Part shown: piece by piece, positions 19,085 to 30,897 of the stretch
Position numbering within the stretch: the stretch's first letter is position 1
Layout of the letters: each line of letters begins with the position of its first letter
DNA from: an uncultured Bacillota bacterium
GTDB lineage: Bacteria > Sysuimicrobiota > Sysuimicrobiia > Sysuimicrobiales > Segetimicrobiaceae
Direction: 5' to 3'
Length of the DNA stretch: 64,000 nt
Assembly: GCA_963804645.1 (NCBI GenBank)
Contig: CAWDRG010000017.1
Coordinates: forward strand, 128,001-192,000
Made by a program: the position numbers and the translations under genes
The notes under the pieces: generated by a model
What the model was told of the DNA's origin: nothing
Seen by the model: only the letters and a program-made list of their open reading frames with translations
Database searches by the model: none

Positions 19085-20857
19085 GTGACCTCGGGCGACG
19101 GAGCACAAGCACCCCGGGCCGAACCGGCCGTCGTTCCTCCCTCGATCGACGGGCTGGTGCTCGCCGCGGTCGCGCGGGAGATCCGCGCGCTCATCGGCGC
19201 CCGATTTGCGGGCGTCCGCCAGCCCACGCCCGACGCGATCGTCCTGAGCCTGCGGACCGCCGAGCACGTGGATCACCTCTACTGCTCGACCCACGCGCGC
19301 GCGGCCCGTGTGCACCTGTCCGCGCGGCCCGAAACCACCGAGCGCCTCCTGCCGTTCGGGCAGCTGCTCCGAAGCCGCCTGACCGAGGCTCGCCTCGCCC
19401 TGGTCGAGCAGCCGCCGTTCGATCGCGTGCTGCGCCTCGGCTTCGACGCCCTCGAAGGCCCCCTCGTGCTGATCGCCGAGGTGATGGGGCGGTACAGTAA
19501 CCTGATCTTGATCGACGACCGGATCGTCCTCGGCGCGCTCAAGGTGGTGACGCCGCAGATGTCGCCGCGGCGCCCCGTGCTGCCGGGACGCCCGTACGCG
19601 GCGCCGCCGACCGACCGTCCGGGTCCTGGCGCGCTCAGCGACGACGCCGTGCGGGCGCTGTGCGTGGGCCCGCGCGCCGTCTGGCAGCAGCTCCTCTCCG
19701 GCGTGCAGGGGCTCGGCCCGGCACTCGCCCGCGAGACCGCGCTCCGGGCCGGGGTCGACCCCCTGACGCCCGCGGACGAGGCCGCCGAGGCGGCCCCGCG
19801 GCTCCGGGCCGCGCTCGAGGAGTTGGCGGAGGTGCGGCGGGCGGAATCGTTCGACCCGGCGGCCTACGCGCGCGCCGGCCGCACGGTCGCGTTCGCGGCG
19901 ATCCCCCTCGAGGTGTACCGCGGGCTTGACCGCGCTCCCGTGCGTTCGATGAGCGACGCGCTGGAGCGCTACTACCGCGACCTCGGGGAGGAAGCGCCGC
20001 TCGAGGACCGCCGGCGGGCGCTCGCGGGCGCCGCGCGCACCGCGCTGCGTCAGCGCGAGCGCGCGCTCGAGGAGAATCGCCGCGCCCTCGAGGACAGCGC
20101 ACGCGCGGACCGGTACCGCGTGATGGGCGAGCTGCTGCTCGCGTACGCCGGGCGCGTGGCCCCGCGGGCCGCGGCGGTCGCGCTGCCGGACTACACCGCG
20201 GAGGGCACGGAGATCACGATCCCGTTGGATCCGGACCTCACCGCCGTCCAGAACGCGCAGCGGCTCTTCCGCCGGTACGGCAAGGCGCAGGCCGCGGCGC
20301 GGGCGGTCCCGGACCGGATCGCGCGCCTCGGCGCCGAGGTGGACGCGCTGCGGGGGGCGCTCGTCCAGATCGCCACGGCCGCGTCGGCCGACGATCTGTG
20401 GGAGATCCAGACGGACCTGGTCGCCGCGCGGGTGCTGCGCAAGGCTCCGCGCTCACGCCCGGCGGCGAAAAGCGGGCCGCGCCGCTTCCGGGCGCCCGGC
20501 GGCGGCACAATCATCGTGGGCCGCAGCGCGAGAGAGAACGACCACGTCACCTTCCACGTCGCCGGACCCGACGATCTGTGGTTCCACGCCCGGGGCCTGG
20601 CCGGCGCGCACGTGATCCTCAAGACGGACGGCGCGCCGCAGGACGACGCGATCGCCGCGGCGGCGCAGGCGGCCGCGTACTTCAGCGAGGGACGCGAGGG
20701 GGCGCTGGTGGCCGTGGACTGGGTCGCGCGCAAGCACGTACGGAAGCCGCGCGGCGCGGCGCCCGGAGCCGTCACGTACGCCGGGGAACGCACGCTGCGC
20801 GTCGCACCGACGATGCCGCCCCCGCTCCCGACGGGACGGAGCGCGCCGCGGACATAA
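19085..20857 (+). CDS. rqcH: RqcH/Rqc2 (FbpA/NFACT) ribosome quality-control factor
   Basis: SIDG, EVMGRYSNLIL, NAQRLFRRYGK, GRSARENDH, WFHARGLAGAHV, KPRGAAPG. Confidence 0.93.
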   Translation: MTSGDGAQAPRAEPAVVPPSIDGLVLAAVAREIRALIGARFAGVRQPTPDAIVLSLRTAEHVDHLYCSTHARAARVHLSARPETTERLLPFGQLLRSRLTEARLALVEQPPFDRVLRLGFDALEGPLVLIAEVMGRYSNLILIDDRIVLGALKVVTPQMSPRRPVLPGRPYAAPPTDRPGPGALSDDAVRALCVGPRAVWQQLLSGVQGLGPALARETALRAGVDPLTPADEAAEAAPRLRAALEELAEVRRAESFDPAAYARAGRTVAFAAIPLEVYRGLDRAPVRSMSDALERYYRDLGEEAPLEDRRRALAGAARTALRQRERALEENRRALEDSARADRYRVMGELLLAYAGRVAPRAAAVALPDYTAEGTEITIPLDPDLTAVQNAQRLFRRYGKAQAAARAVPDRIARLGAEVDALRGALVQIATAASADDLWEIQTDLVAARVLRKAPRSRPAAKSGPRRFRAPGGGTIIVGRSARENDHVTFHVAGPDDLWFHARGLAGAHVILKTDGAPQDDAIAAAAQAAAYFSEGREGALVAVDWVARKHVRKPRGAAPGAVTYAGERTLRVAPTMPPPLPTGRSAPRT

Positions 20858-20912
20858 CGCGCCCGCCGTCCATCGCACTGGCCGGCAACGGACCGACGTG
20901 CAGATGCACGCG

Positions 20913-21743
20913 TCACACCATCTTGGGACTCGCGACACCGTGACGGCGGCGGCGCCCGCGAGCCGCGGCGGGCGGCCTGGCGGGACGCCGTCCCGGATCG
21001 ATGCTTGCCGTTTGGCCCCTCGGGGCAGGTGACGCGGCGAGGCGATAGCCCACGCGAGCCTCTGTCAGGATATAGGAGGGCCGCGCCGGATCCGGCTCCA
21101 CCTTGTGCCGCAGCTTGTTCACGCTGACCCGGAGCAGATTGAGATCCTGCTCGCGCTCCGGGCCCCACGTCTCGCGCAACAACTCCCGATGGGAAAGCAC
21201 CGTACCGGCCGCAAGCGCCAACGTCTTGAGCAGCGTGTATTCGACGGGAGTCAGCGTGATGTACCGGCGGCCCATCGTGACGCGCCGATGCGCGACGTCG
21301 ATGACGAGATTCCCGACTTGGATAACCGTACCGGAAGCTGGCACTGCCTGTCGGCGCATCGCGACGCGCAGACGCGCAAGCAGCTCACTGACGCGAAACG
21401 GCTGGGTCACGTAGTCTATGACGCCCGCGTCCAGCGCAGCCGTCTGGTCTTGCTGAACGCGGTCGGCACACACGACCACAATGGGCACATTGGACCGCGC
21501 GCGGAGACGGCGAATCACCTCGATCGCGTCCAGGTCCGGGAGGGCAAACTCCAGCGTGACGAGGTCAGGATGCACCCGAGTCACGACCCGCAGCGCTTCC
21601 TCGCCGGTCGCGGCTTCGAACACAGTATACCCGTGTCTGGTCAGGGCGGTCCTCAGCGCCCGACGGATCAAGGGCTCGTCGTCGACAATGAGGACGCGCG
21701 GTCCGTCCGCCTGGTCGATGCAAGTCGCACTGGCGGTGATCAT
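20913..21743 (-). CDS. kdpE: KdpE-like response regulator with atypical receiver
   Basis: VLIVDDEP, LTPVEY, LRHKVEPDPARPSYILTEARVGYRL; directly after kdpC. Confidence 0.85.
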   Translation of the reverse strand: MITASATCIDQADGPRVLIVDDEPLIRRALRTALTRHGYTVFEAATGEEALRVVTRVHPDLVTLEFALPDLDAIEVIRRLRARSNVPIVVVCADRVQQDQTAALDAGVIDYVTQPFRVSELLARLRVAMRRQAVPASGTVIQVGNLVIDVAHRRVTMGRRYITLTPVEYTLLKTLALAAGTVLSHRELLRETWGPEREQDLNLLRVSVNKLRHKVEPDPARPSYILTEARVGYRLAASPAPRGQTASIDPGRRPARPPAAARGRRRRHGVASPKMV

Positions 21744-21763
21744 TGTCGATGCACGCGGCCTGG

Positions 21764-22336
21764 CTATTTCACCTGGTCGAGCGCCCGATTCAGTTCGAGG
21801 ACGTTCACCCGTGGCTCGCCGAGCACGCCGAACTGGCGTCCCTCCGTGTACTGCGCCACGAGAGTGCGGACGGTCTCGACCGGCAGCTTGTGGACCCGCG
21901 CGACGCGCGGCACCTGGTACAGCGCCGCCGCAACGCTGATGTCCGGATCGAGCCCGCTCGCGGAGTTCGTGACGAGGTCCACCGGCACCGGCGCGGTGTT
22001 CCCCGGGTCCGCCTGCCGCAGCGCGGCGACGTTCGCTTTCACCTGGTCGATCAGCGCCCGGTTCGTCGGGCCCAGGTTCGAGCCGCTGGACGACGCGGCG
22101 TTGTAGGCCTGCGGCGACGTGGCCGAGGGCCGGCTCCAGAAATGGTCCGGGTCGGCGAACGGCTGGCCGATCAGCTCGGATCCCACAATCTTGCCGTGAT
22201 CCACGATCAGGCTGCCGTTCGCCTGGTGCGGGAACAGGACCTGCGCGATCCCGGTGATCACGAGCGGATAGCACAGCCCCGTAATGATCGTCAGCATCAG
22301 GGTGAGCATGACTGCTCGAAGCAGTTGTGCGCGCAT
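21764..22336 (-). CDS. kdpC: K+-transporting ATPase subunit C
   Basis: [36 protein letters not shown]. Confidence 0.97.
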   Translation of the reverse strand: MRAQLLRAVMLTLMLTIITGLCYPLVITGIAQVLFPHQANGSLIVDHGKIVGSELIGQPFADPDHFWSRPSATSPQAYNAASSSGSNLGPTNRALIDQVKANVAALRQADPGNTAPVPVDLVTNSASGLDPDISVAAALYQVPRVARVHKLPVETVRTLVAQYTEGRQFGVLGEPRVNVLELNRALDQVK

Positions 22337-22416
22337 AATTCCTCGCTCCTTATCGGTGGCCAGCCCCCGTCGCGTGACGGAGGGTGACCGTGGAATGAAT
22401 CATCGATGTCGGCATC

Positions 22417-24510
22417 CTACCGGAGCCCGAGCGCGACCAGAATGACATCGATCAGCTTGATCCCGATGAACGGCGCGATGACGCCGCCGACGCCGTACAG
22501 CAGCAGGTTGTCGCGCAGGATCTCCCCGGCGCTGGCCGGGCGGTACTTGACGCCCCGCAGCGACAGCGGAATGAGCGCGATGATGATCAGCGCATTAAAG
22601 ATCACGGCGGCCGAGATTGCGTTCTCCGGGGTGCTCAGGCGCATGAAGTTGAGCGCGGTCAGCACGGGGTACGTGGACGCAAAGGCCGCCGGGATGATCG
22701 CGAAGTACTTGGCGACGTCGTTCGCGATACTGAACGTTGTCAAGGCACCCCGCGTCATCAGCAGCTGCTTGCCGATCTCGACGACCTCGATCAGCTTCGT
22801 CGGGTTGCTGTCGAGGTCGATCATGTTCGCGGCTTCCCGGGCCGGCTGCGTCCCGGTGTTCATGGCCACCGCCACGTCGGCCTGCGCCAGCGCCGGCGCG
22901 TCGTTGGTCCCGTCGCCGGTCATCGCCACGAGCCGGCCGCCCGTTTGATAGTCTCGGATCAGTTTAAGTTTATCCTCGGGCTTCGCCTGTGCCAGAAAGT
23001 CGTCCACACCGGCTTCGGCGGCAATGGCCGCCGCGGTGAGCGGGTTGTCGCCGGTGATCATGACGGTACGAATGCCCATCTTGCGCAGCTGCAGGAACCG
23101 CTCCTTGATGCCGCCCTTCACAATATCCTTCAAGTAGATGACGCCGAGCACGGTGTCGTTCCATGATACGACCAGCGGGGTACCACCCACCCGCGAGATC
23201 CGGTCGACGGTGGCCGCCAACTCGGGGGGGATCTGGCCGCCCCGCGCCTGTACGTACTCGACGATCGCCGTCGCCGCACCCTTGCGGATGGCCACCCCGT
23301 CGAAATCGACCCCGCTCATCCGCGTCTGGGCGCTGAACGGCACGAACACGGCCCCGTGTGGCACCTCGTCCGTCCCGCCGGCGACGCTGCGGCCGCGCAT
23401 CCCGTACTGGTCCTTCGCGAGCACCGCGATGCTGCGGCCCTCCGGCGTCTCATCGGCCAGCGATGCGAGCTGTGCCGCCTCCGCGAGTTGCCGTGCGTCC
23501 ACTCCGTCCACCGGGATGAACTCGACCGCCTGGCGGTTGCCGAGCGTGATCGTGCCGGTCTTGTCGAGCAGCAGGACGTCGACGTCGCCCGCGGCCTCCA
23601 CGGCACGGCCCGACAGGGCGATCACGTTGCGCTTGATCATGCGGTCCATCCCCGCGATGCCGATCGCGCTCAGGAGGCCGCCGATCGTCGTCGGGATCAG
23701 GCACACCAGGAGCGCGATCAGCACCGTGATCGTCACCGGCGTGCCGTGGCCGGCAACGCTGACGCTGAACACGGAGTACGGGTACAGCGTCGCGCAGACC
23801 AGCAGGAACAGGATCGTGAAGCCGACGAGCAGGATCGTCAGCGCGATCTCGTTCGGCGTCTTCTGCCGCCGCGCGCCCTCGATCAGCGCGATCATGCGGT
23901 CGATGAAGCCCTCGCCGGGATTCGCCGTGACGCGGATCAGGAGCCAGTCGGACAGCACCACGGTGCTGCCGGTGACGGCGCTCCGGTCGCCGCCCGATTC
24001 GCGGATCACCGGGGCGCTTTCGCCGGTCACCGTGCTCTCGTCGACGGACGCGACGCCTTCGATCACCTCACCGTCGGCGGGGACGGCCTCGCCCGCGTTC
24101 ACCAGGACCGTGTCGCCCTTCCGCAGCGCGGTCGACGGGACCATCTCCGCCGGCGCGGTGCGCTCCGGCCGCGCGAGCCGCCGCGCCGAGATGGTCCGGC
24201 GCGCGCGCCGCAGCGCCTCCGCCTGTGCCTTGCCGCGTCCCTCGGCCAGCGCCTCCGCAAAGTTCGCGAACACGACGGTGAACCAGAGCCAGATCGCCAC
24301 GCTGCCGATGAACGGCGCGGGCGCTTCGCCCTTCCCGCCGAGCGCCTGGAAAAACAGGATCGTCGTAAACACGCTGCCGATCTCCACGACGAACATCACC
24401 GGGTTGCGCAGCTGCTGGCGCGGGTCCAGCCGCAGGAATGCGTCCCGGATCGCCACCCGCCAAATCATCGCCTGCTGGGGGGCCGCGCGGTGCGCGGTGT
24501 CTACGCTCAT
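22417..24510 (-). CDS. kdpB: K+-transporting ATPase subunit B
   Basis: [33 protein letters not shown]. Confidence 0.98.
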   Translation of the reverse strand: MSVDTAHRAAPQQAMIWRVAIRDAFLRLDPRQQLRNPVMFVVEIGSVFTTILFFQALGGKGEAPAPFIGSVAIWLWFTVVFANFAEALAEGRGKAQAEALRRARRTISARRLARPERTAPAEMVPSTALRKGDTVLVNAGEAVPADGEVIEGVASVDESTVTGESAPVIRESGGDRSAVTGSTVVLSDWLLIRVTANPGEGFIDRMIALIEGARRQKTPNEIALTILLVGFTILFLLVCATLYPYSVFSVSVAGHGTPVTITVLIALLVCLIPTTIGGLLSAIGIAGMDRMIKRNVIALSGRAVEAAGDVDVLLLDKTGTITLGNRQAVEFIPVDGVDARQLAEAAQLASLADETPEGRSIAVLAKDQYGMRGRSVAGGTDEVPHGAVFVPFSAQTRMSGVDFDGVAIRKGAATAIVEYVQARGGQIPPELAATVDRISRVGGTPLVVSWNDTVLGVIYLKDIVKGGIKERFLQLRKMGIRTVMITGDNPLTAAAIAAEAGVDDFLAQAKPEDKLKLIRDYQTGGRLVAMTGDGTNDAPALAQADVAVAMNTGTQPAREAANMIDLDSNPTKLIEVVEIGKQLLMTRGALTTFSIANDVAKYFAIIPAAFASTYPVLTALNFMRLSTPENAISAAVIFNALIIIALIPLSLRGVKYRPASAGEILRDNLLLYGVGGVIAPFIGIKLIDVILVALGLR

Positions 24511-24523
24511 CTTCTCTGTCTCC

Positions 24524-26341
24524 TCACTTGAAGGTGGTCCCGGCCACGAGCAACAGGTGCTCGACGATCGGGCCGAGCGCCAGCACGGGTAGGAACGCCA
24601 GCGCGCCCCAGATCAGGATCACCGCCACCAGCCACAGTGAAAACATCACGGTGTACGTCGGCAGCGTGCCGGGGCCCGCGGGGACGATCTTCTTCGCCGC
24701 CATCGACCCCGCGATCGCGAGGGTCGGCACGAGAACCCAGAAGCGCGTCAGCAGCATCACCACCCCGCCGACGTCGTTGTAAAACGGTGTGTTGGCGTTG
24801 ATGCCGGCGAACGCACTGCCGTTGTTGTTTGCCATCGACGTGAACGTGTAGAGGATCTGGCTGAAGCCGTGCGGACCGGGATTGGACACTCCCGCCCGCC
24901 CGTCCGCCATGGCGACGCCCAACGCCGTCGCCACGAGCACGACCACGGGCATGATCAGCATGACGATGGTCGCCATCTTCATCTCGAACCCTTCGATCTT
25001 CTTGCCGAGGTACTCGGGCGTGCGGCCCACCATCAGCCCGGCCACGAACGCGGCGAGGATCACGACGACCACCATGCCGTACATCCCGCTGCCGACACCG
25101 CCGTAGACCACTTCGCCGAGGTGCAGCATGACGAGCGGGATCATGCCCCCGATCGGGGTGAACGAATCGTGCATGGAGTCCACGGAGCCGTTCGATGTGG
25201 CCGTCGTCGTCGCCGCCCAGAGCGCCGAATCGACGGGACCGAACCGGACCTCCTTGCCTTCCATGTTGCCGCCCGGCTGCAGCGCACTGGCGGTTTGATC
25301 GACGCTCAGTTGGTGGAAGAGCGGGTTGCCCCCCTGCTCGAAGCCCACGACGACCCCAATCGCGGGGAGAAAGATCAGCGTCATCGCCGCCAAGAGGGCC
25401 CAGCCCTGCCGGGTGTCTTTCACCATCCGGCCATAGGTGTAGACGAGGGACGCGGGAATTAGGACGATTGCGAGCAGCTCCAGGAAGTTCGAGAATGGCG
25501 TCGGGTTCTCGAATGGATGGGCCGAGTTCACATTGAAGAACCCGCCCCCATTCGTCCCGAGCTGCTTGATGGCAACCTGCGACGCTGCGGGTCCGACCGC
25601 GATCTGCTGCTCCGTCACCTTGACCGTCTTGGTCTCCGGCTGGCCCTTGGCATCGAGCACCGGCTTCCCATTCGCGTCGGTGACCGGCTGCTGGTACGAG
25701 GTCGGTTCCATCAACGTCGCAGTCTGGTACGGCGACAGCGTTTGGACGACACCTTGGGACGCAAGTAGGAGCGCCAGCACGATGGCCAGCGGCATGAGAA
25801 TGTAGAGGATGCTCCGCACCGTATCGACCCAAAAGTTGCCGATCGCCATGACCGACCGCCCGGTGAGCCCGCGGATCAGTGCGATCAGCACCGCCATGCC
25901 GACCGCCGGAGAGACGAAGTTCTGCACGGTCAGCCCGGCCATCTGGGTGAAGTAGCTCATGGTCGACTCGCCGCCGTAGGACTGCCAGTTCGTGTTCGTG
26001 AGGAATGACGCGGCGGTGTTGAAGGCCAGGCTCGGATCGACCGGGGTCATGCCCGCCGGGTTCAGCGGGAGCACCGCCTGCAGCCGTTGGAGTGCGTACA
26101 GCAGCAGCATGCCGACGATGCTGAACACGACCACCGCCGCGGCGTACGTGCCCCACGGCATGTCTTCCTGCGGGTTGATGCCGCAGAGCCGGTACAGCCA
26201 GCGCTCGAACGGCCGGACAAAGCGGTCGAGGAACGTCCGCTCGCCCTCATACACCCGCGCCATGTACCCGCCGAGCGGCTTCACCAACAGGAACAAGACG
26301 ACCAGGAATATGAGAATACGGACGATGCCGTTGCTCGTCAT
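24524..26341 (-). CDS. kdpA: K+-transporting ATPase subunit A
   Basis: [40 protein letters not shown]. Confidence 0.97.
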   Translation of the reverse strand: MTSNGIVRILIFLVVLFLLVKPLGGYMARVYEGERTFLDRFVRPFERWLYRLCGINPQEDMPWGTYAAAVVVFSIVGMLLLYALQRLQAVLPLNPAGMTPVDPSLAFNTAASFLTNTNWQSYGGESTMSYFTQMAGLTVQNFVSPAVGMAVLIALIRGLTGRSVMAIGNFWVDTVRSILYILMPLAIVLALLLASQGVVQTLSPYQTATLMEPTSYQQPVTDANGKPVLDAKGQPETKTVKVTEQQIAVGPAASQVAIKQLGTNGGGFFNVNSAHPFENPTPFSNFLELLAIVLIPASLVYTYGRMVKDTRQGWALLAAMTLIFLPAIGVVVGFEQGGNPLFHQLSVDQTASALQPGGNMEGKEVRFGPVDSALWAATTTATSNGSVDSMHDSFTPIGGMIPLVMLHLGEVVYGGVGSGMYGMVVVVILAAFVAGLMVGRTPEYLGKKIEGFEMKMATIVMLIMPVVVLVATALGVAMADGRAGVSNPGPHGFSQILYTFTSMANNNGSAFAGINANTPFYNDVGGVVMLLTRFWVLVPTLAIAGSMAAKKIVPAGPGTLPTYTVMFSLWLVAVILIWGALAFLPVLALGPIVEHLLLVAGTTFK

Positions 26342-26421
26342 ACAAACCACTCCGGCTTCAGCAACGCGCAGATCAGATACCCAAGCAGCACGATCGAGAG
26401 CACGCCTGCGATCACTACCAT
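26338..26421 (-). CDS. kdpF: K+-transporting ATPase subunit F (27 aa)
   Basis: [27 protein letters not shown], matching the YL..AL..PE.F signature; ATGA overlap with kdpA. Confidence 0.9.
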   Translation of the reverse strand: MVVIAGVLSIVLLGYLICALLKPEWFV

Positions 26422-26425
26422 GTCG

Positions 26426-26518
26426 TCACCGCCCCATGAGCCAGGTCAGGCCCTTGACCATCCACACGCACGACGCAAAGAAGAGCAGCGTGAGCGCAAT
26501 CAATTCCACGTCCGCCAC
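26426..26518 (-). CDS. 30-aa hydrophobic peptide preceding kdpF
   Basis: GGGAGGG RBS, GTG start; MADVELIALTLLFFASCVWMVKGLTWLMGR*. Confidence 0.75.
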   Translation of the reverse strand: MADVELIALTLLFFASCVWMVKGLTWLMGR

Positions 26519-26761
26519 GTCCGATCACCCTCCCATACCGAGGAGCCTTTGACACACTCCCGTACAACGCGGTCCGTCCACTCCGTCTAGGAGGGCTGGA
26601 TGCAAGGTCCCGTCGACATCGTCCGAAGCGGCCGGTGCGGCGGCCTAGAGGGGCCGCCGCGCTCCCGGCGCACCCTCGGCCTCAATCGCCCTCCGCCGAG
26701 CAGCACAACCCTGCTGCCGCTCGCAGCGCGCCGCTACCCGCGCGGCGGCGGCGGCGCGTCC

Positions 26762-26800
26762 AAAATAAAACAGAGGGGCGCACGGCGGTCCGCCCCTCTG
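26762..26800 (-). terminator. Intrinsic terminator upstream of the kdp operon
   Basis: 10-bp perfect stem CAGAGGGGCG/CGCCCCTCTG followed by TTTTATTTT on the minus strand. Confidence 0.75.
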
Positions 26801-27083
26801 CCAATACCTCTCACTTCTATTCAGTTGTCGTCGGACACACGCGGTGGGGCCGCATAACACGACCTCCACCCTGCATGATCACCATGGATGCTACCACCGA
26901 GGGCCGTTACGAAGCCATTACCGAGCACATCTCCGTCATTAAAGTTTCGTGAATTCGAAAGCGTCGGCGGTTGTGCGGCGGCGCAGGGGACCGGCCGCCG
27001 CTCCGGAATGTGTGTCCAGGTCACGGCCGGGCCACGAGGATCCCGCAGCTCCAGCGGCCTCCATACGACCGGCCGCACAACCC

Positions 27084-28222
27084 ATGACATCCCTCAACCT
27101 GGCGCTCCGGTTTATGATCGTGGCCGCGGCCGTGTCGATCATGGCCGAGCAGCTGCAGGTGCCGTACACGATTGCCCTAGTCGTCGCCGGTCTCGTGATC
27201 GGGAACATGCACCTCGTGCCCCCGGTATTGATCAGCCCCGACGTGCTACTGCTGCTCCTCATCCCTCCGCTGCTGTTCGAAGGCGGCCTGCGGCTGCCGC
27301 CGCGCCACCTGAAGACCTACTGGGGACTGATCGTGTTGCTGGCCGTGCCCGGGACGCTGGTGACCGCCCTCACGCTCGGCTGGGTCGCGGGCACGTCGTT
27401 TCACCTGGCGCTGCGCAGCGCGCTCCTGCTCGGCGCGATCGTGTCGGCGGTTGATCCGGTCAGTGTGCAGGCGCTGGTCCGAGAAACGGGCCTCGACCTC
27501 CGCCTCGGCACGGTCCTGGACGGCGAGGCGATCCTCAATGACGGCGTGGCGATCATCCTGTTCACGATCGTGGGTGGGACCGCCGCGGTGGGATTCTGGG
27601 CCGTCGGCCTGCAGTTCGTGTGGCTGCTCGGCGGCGGCATGGTGATTGGCGGGCTCGTGGCGCTGGCCACGTCGTACGCACTGGGCTCAACCCAGCGGCC
27701 GTTGGTGGAGGCGCTCGGGAGCCTCATCGCCTGCCTCGGGGCGCTCCTCGCCGCGGACGGCGTCGGCGCAAGCGGTGTGATCGCGGTCGTCACCGCCGGG
27801 GTGGTGTTCGCGGGATACGGGCCGCGCCATGTAACGGACCGAGGGTGGGAGACGCTGAACACACTGTGGGACATGATCGCATTTCTCGCGAACTCCGTGC
27901 TGTTCTTGCTGATCGGACTTGAGGTCCCGATCAATCTGCTGGTGCGCCACTGGCCGCTCGTGGCGGTGCTGGCGATGGCGGGGATGATCGTCCGCCTGAT
28001 TACCGTCTGCGGGTCGACGGCCGCGTGGCAGACGCCGTCCCACCCTGTGCCCAGGGCATGGCGGCCCGTCCTCGTCTGGGGCGGTCTCCGCGGCGGGGTT
28101 GCGATCGCGCTGGCGCTGGGACTCAGCTCCGCGCTTCCGGACCGCGACGCCATCGTCGCTGGGACGTTCGGCATCGTCATCTTCACGTCGCTGGTCCAGG
28201 GACTGACCATGCGCCCGCTACC
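27084..28222 (+). pseudogene. CPA1 Na+/H+ antiporter interrupted near its 3' end by IS1634 (tail at about 30193-30262)
   Basis: IPPLLFEG, SAVDPVSV, GEAILNDG, WGGLRG, VQGLTMRPL. Removing the IS restores MRPLPRWTGLL...PPR*. Confidence 0.88.
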
Positions 28223-30186
28223 CCAAGTTCCGCAGTTGGACGGTAAAACTCCATATTTTGCAACGGAATTGGGGCCGATTCTTCACTACACCGCGACCGC
28301 CTCGAGGTGCGTAGGGAGGCTCAGCCCGAGCTGTTGGAGCAGGAGGGCTTGGTGCTCGGTCGGCCGGCTGACGCAGCGTTTGCGGAGCTCGAGGCCGGTG
28401 CGGGTCGGGAGCACCACGTCGACGAGGCGAATGGCGTGGAGCTCAGTGAGCACCTTCCGCGGCTCGTCGCCCAAGCCGACGGCGTGACACCAACGCGCCA
28501 GTGTTTTCCACAGCACGTAGGCGAGGAAGCACACGAGAATGTGCGCCTGCACGCGGGCTTCCTTTTGATGCCAAATCGGCCGGAGCTGCAGGTCGGATTT
28601 TTGAATGCGGAAGGCGGTTTCCGCGTCGGTCAGATGAATGTAGGCGGTCCACAGATCTGCCGCGGCCCAGTCGGTGAGATTACTGCGGAGCACGTAACAC
28701 CCTTCGCTGAGCCGGGACCAGTCGCGCCACGCCGCTGATGTCGTCCACTGCACGGTCGCGGCGCCCTGCGGATCCGTGCCGACGTCCACCTCAAACAGTT
28801 TGGCCGCGCGGGAGTTTTGGCCCAACAGGCGCCCGACGCGCTGGGCGATCGCCACGGGCGAGTGGGCACGTCGCTGGCAGGCGGCCGCGAGCTTCTCCAA
28901 CCCCTCCGCGATGCGGCGCTCGAACCGGTCATGCATGGCCCGTTCCTTCGCCTGCCGCGCCCCGCTCCGGCAGAGGACGAAGACTTCATCGCCATCGGGA
29001 CCGGCACAGACCTGGGCCTCGACGCCGTTCTGGATCTGGCTCCAGGCGGCGCTCGCTAATTCCCGCTCGAACCGGCGCAACAGGGTCTTCGGCGTGCCCA
29101 CGATGTATCGCCGGCCGTGCGCTTTGAGCCAGGTGATGTGGTCCTCGCTCACCAAGCCGCGATCCAACACCCAGATCCGGTCGGCTTTCCCGTACCGCTC
29201 TTCCATGGTGGTGACGATTTCGCGCAGCGTAGTCACGTCGGCCTTGTTGCCGGCGAAGAGTTCATAGCCTAGCGGCAGGCCCTCGCGCGTCACGACCAAG
29301 GCCAAGTTGACTTGTTTGCAATCGGGCCGGTGATCGCGCGAGTAGCCCCGCTGCGCCTGCGGATTCTTCGCGGCGTCGCCTTCGAAGTAGGTCGAGGTTA
29401 CATCGTAGAGCAGCAGATCGTATTGGACCTGGAACAACTCGCCGAGCCGGGCTTTGAGATGTTGCTCCAGCGCCGCTTTGTGCGGAAGCAGGTGATCGAG
29501 CGCACGGTACAGTCGATCCTCATTGACCTTGGCCGCCGGCACGCCCAACAGGTCCGGGAGCGCACTCCCGTCATAGACGTGCTCGGCCAAGTGTAGTTCG
29601 CTGCTGGGCGCGCAGAGGCGGCCCAGCACGAGCACCATGGCCATCGCCGGCCAGGGAATATCCGCCCCGTCCGGCCGCAGCGTCTCCGCGAGAAAGCGCG
29701 GCAGGTCCAGACGTTGGAGCAGCGTGTAGCCGAGCCAGGGGCCGCCAAAGTCGCGTGTCCGCTCCACGCGCACGCGGGCGAGATCCACCTCGACCCACTC
29801 GGGCGCGTGGCTATCGTACAACGACTGCTGCTGCGCGGGCGTCCCCTCGGCGGGCAGCGCCATGCGACCGTGTTCATCGACATCCCCGAGATGGGCCACG
29901 ACGCGCTGCCGGGGCCCTCGTGCGGTGCGATACGATTCCACGAGCGCCCAATATCCGTAGCGCTTCCCCTTCCACTTGCGATAACAGCGCCGCACGTACA
30001 TCGCTGCGCTCATCATACGAGCCGCGCGAACTGTTGCAAAGAGGGGCATTCTTCACTACATCGCAATATCGCCCATCACGACAGAGCCCACCCGCGCGAT
30101 GTCCGATAAAATGGCCCTTTCCCGCGGCAGGGCCGTCAGGAAAGAGCCAGAAAATTTTTTAGCGACGCCCTAACTGCGGAAGTTGG
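28223..30186 (-). mobile_element. IS1634-family insertion sequence
   Basis: 15-bp TIRs CCAAGTTCCGCAGTT / AACTGCGGAAGTTGG (1 mismatch), flanked by GCTACC direct repeats (alternatively a 16-bp TIR with CTAC). Confidence 0.92.
28286..30001 (-). CDS. IS1634-family DDE transposase
   Basis: LVESYR...PRQRVV, YDVTSTYFEG, GYSRDHRPDCKQ, LDRG, AETAFRIQKSDLQLRPIWH. Confidence 0.94.
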   Translation of the reverse strand: MYVRRCYRKWKGKRYGYWALVESYRTARGPRQRVVAHLGDVDEHGRMALPAEGTPAQQQSLYDSHAPEWVEVDLARVRVERTRDFGGPWLGYTLLQRLDLPRFLAETLRPDGADIPWPAMAMVLVLGRLCAPSSELHLAEHVYDGSALPDLLGVPAAKVNEDRLYRALDHLLPHKAALEQHLKARLGELFQVQYDLLLYDVTSTYFEGDAAKNPQAQRGYSRDHRPDCKQVNLALVVTREGLPLGYELFAGNKADVTTLREIVTTMEERYGKADRIWVLDRGLVSEDHITWLKAHGRRYIVGTPKTLLRRFERELASAAWSQIQNGVEAQVCAGPDGDEVFVLCRSGARQAKERAMHDRFERRIAEGLEKLAAACQRRAHSPVAIAQRVGRLLGQNSRAAKLFEVDVGTDPQGAATVQWTTSAAWRDWSRLSEGCYVLRSNLTDWAAADLWTAYIHLTDAETAFRIQKSDLQLRPIWHQKEARVQAHILVCFLAYVLWKTLARWCHAVGLGDEPRKVLTELHAIRLVDVVLPTRTGLELRKRCVSRPTEHQALLLQQLGLSLPTHLEAVAV

Positions 30187-30321
30187 GCTACCACGCTGGA
30201 CCGGACTGCTGCCCGCGGCCGGCCGGGCGCGTCCGACCGAGCCGGCCGCGCCGCCTCGGTGATCCGCCGCCATCGGAACGCACGGGCGGTCGTTCACACG
30301 CCGGAAGGACGCGGGGCCCGA

Positions 30322-30897
<576 letters not shown>

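Noticed and set aside
25600..25720. Hydrophilic insertion in KdpA ([18 protein letters not shown])
   Set aside because: Variable extracellular loop insertions are common in KdpA; no splicing motifs.
26520..27085. c-di-AMP, fluoride or nhaA-type riboswitch expected near kdp and the antiporter
   Set aside because: Consensus elements could not be identified by eye; needs an Rfam scan.
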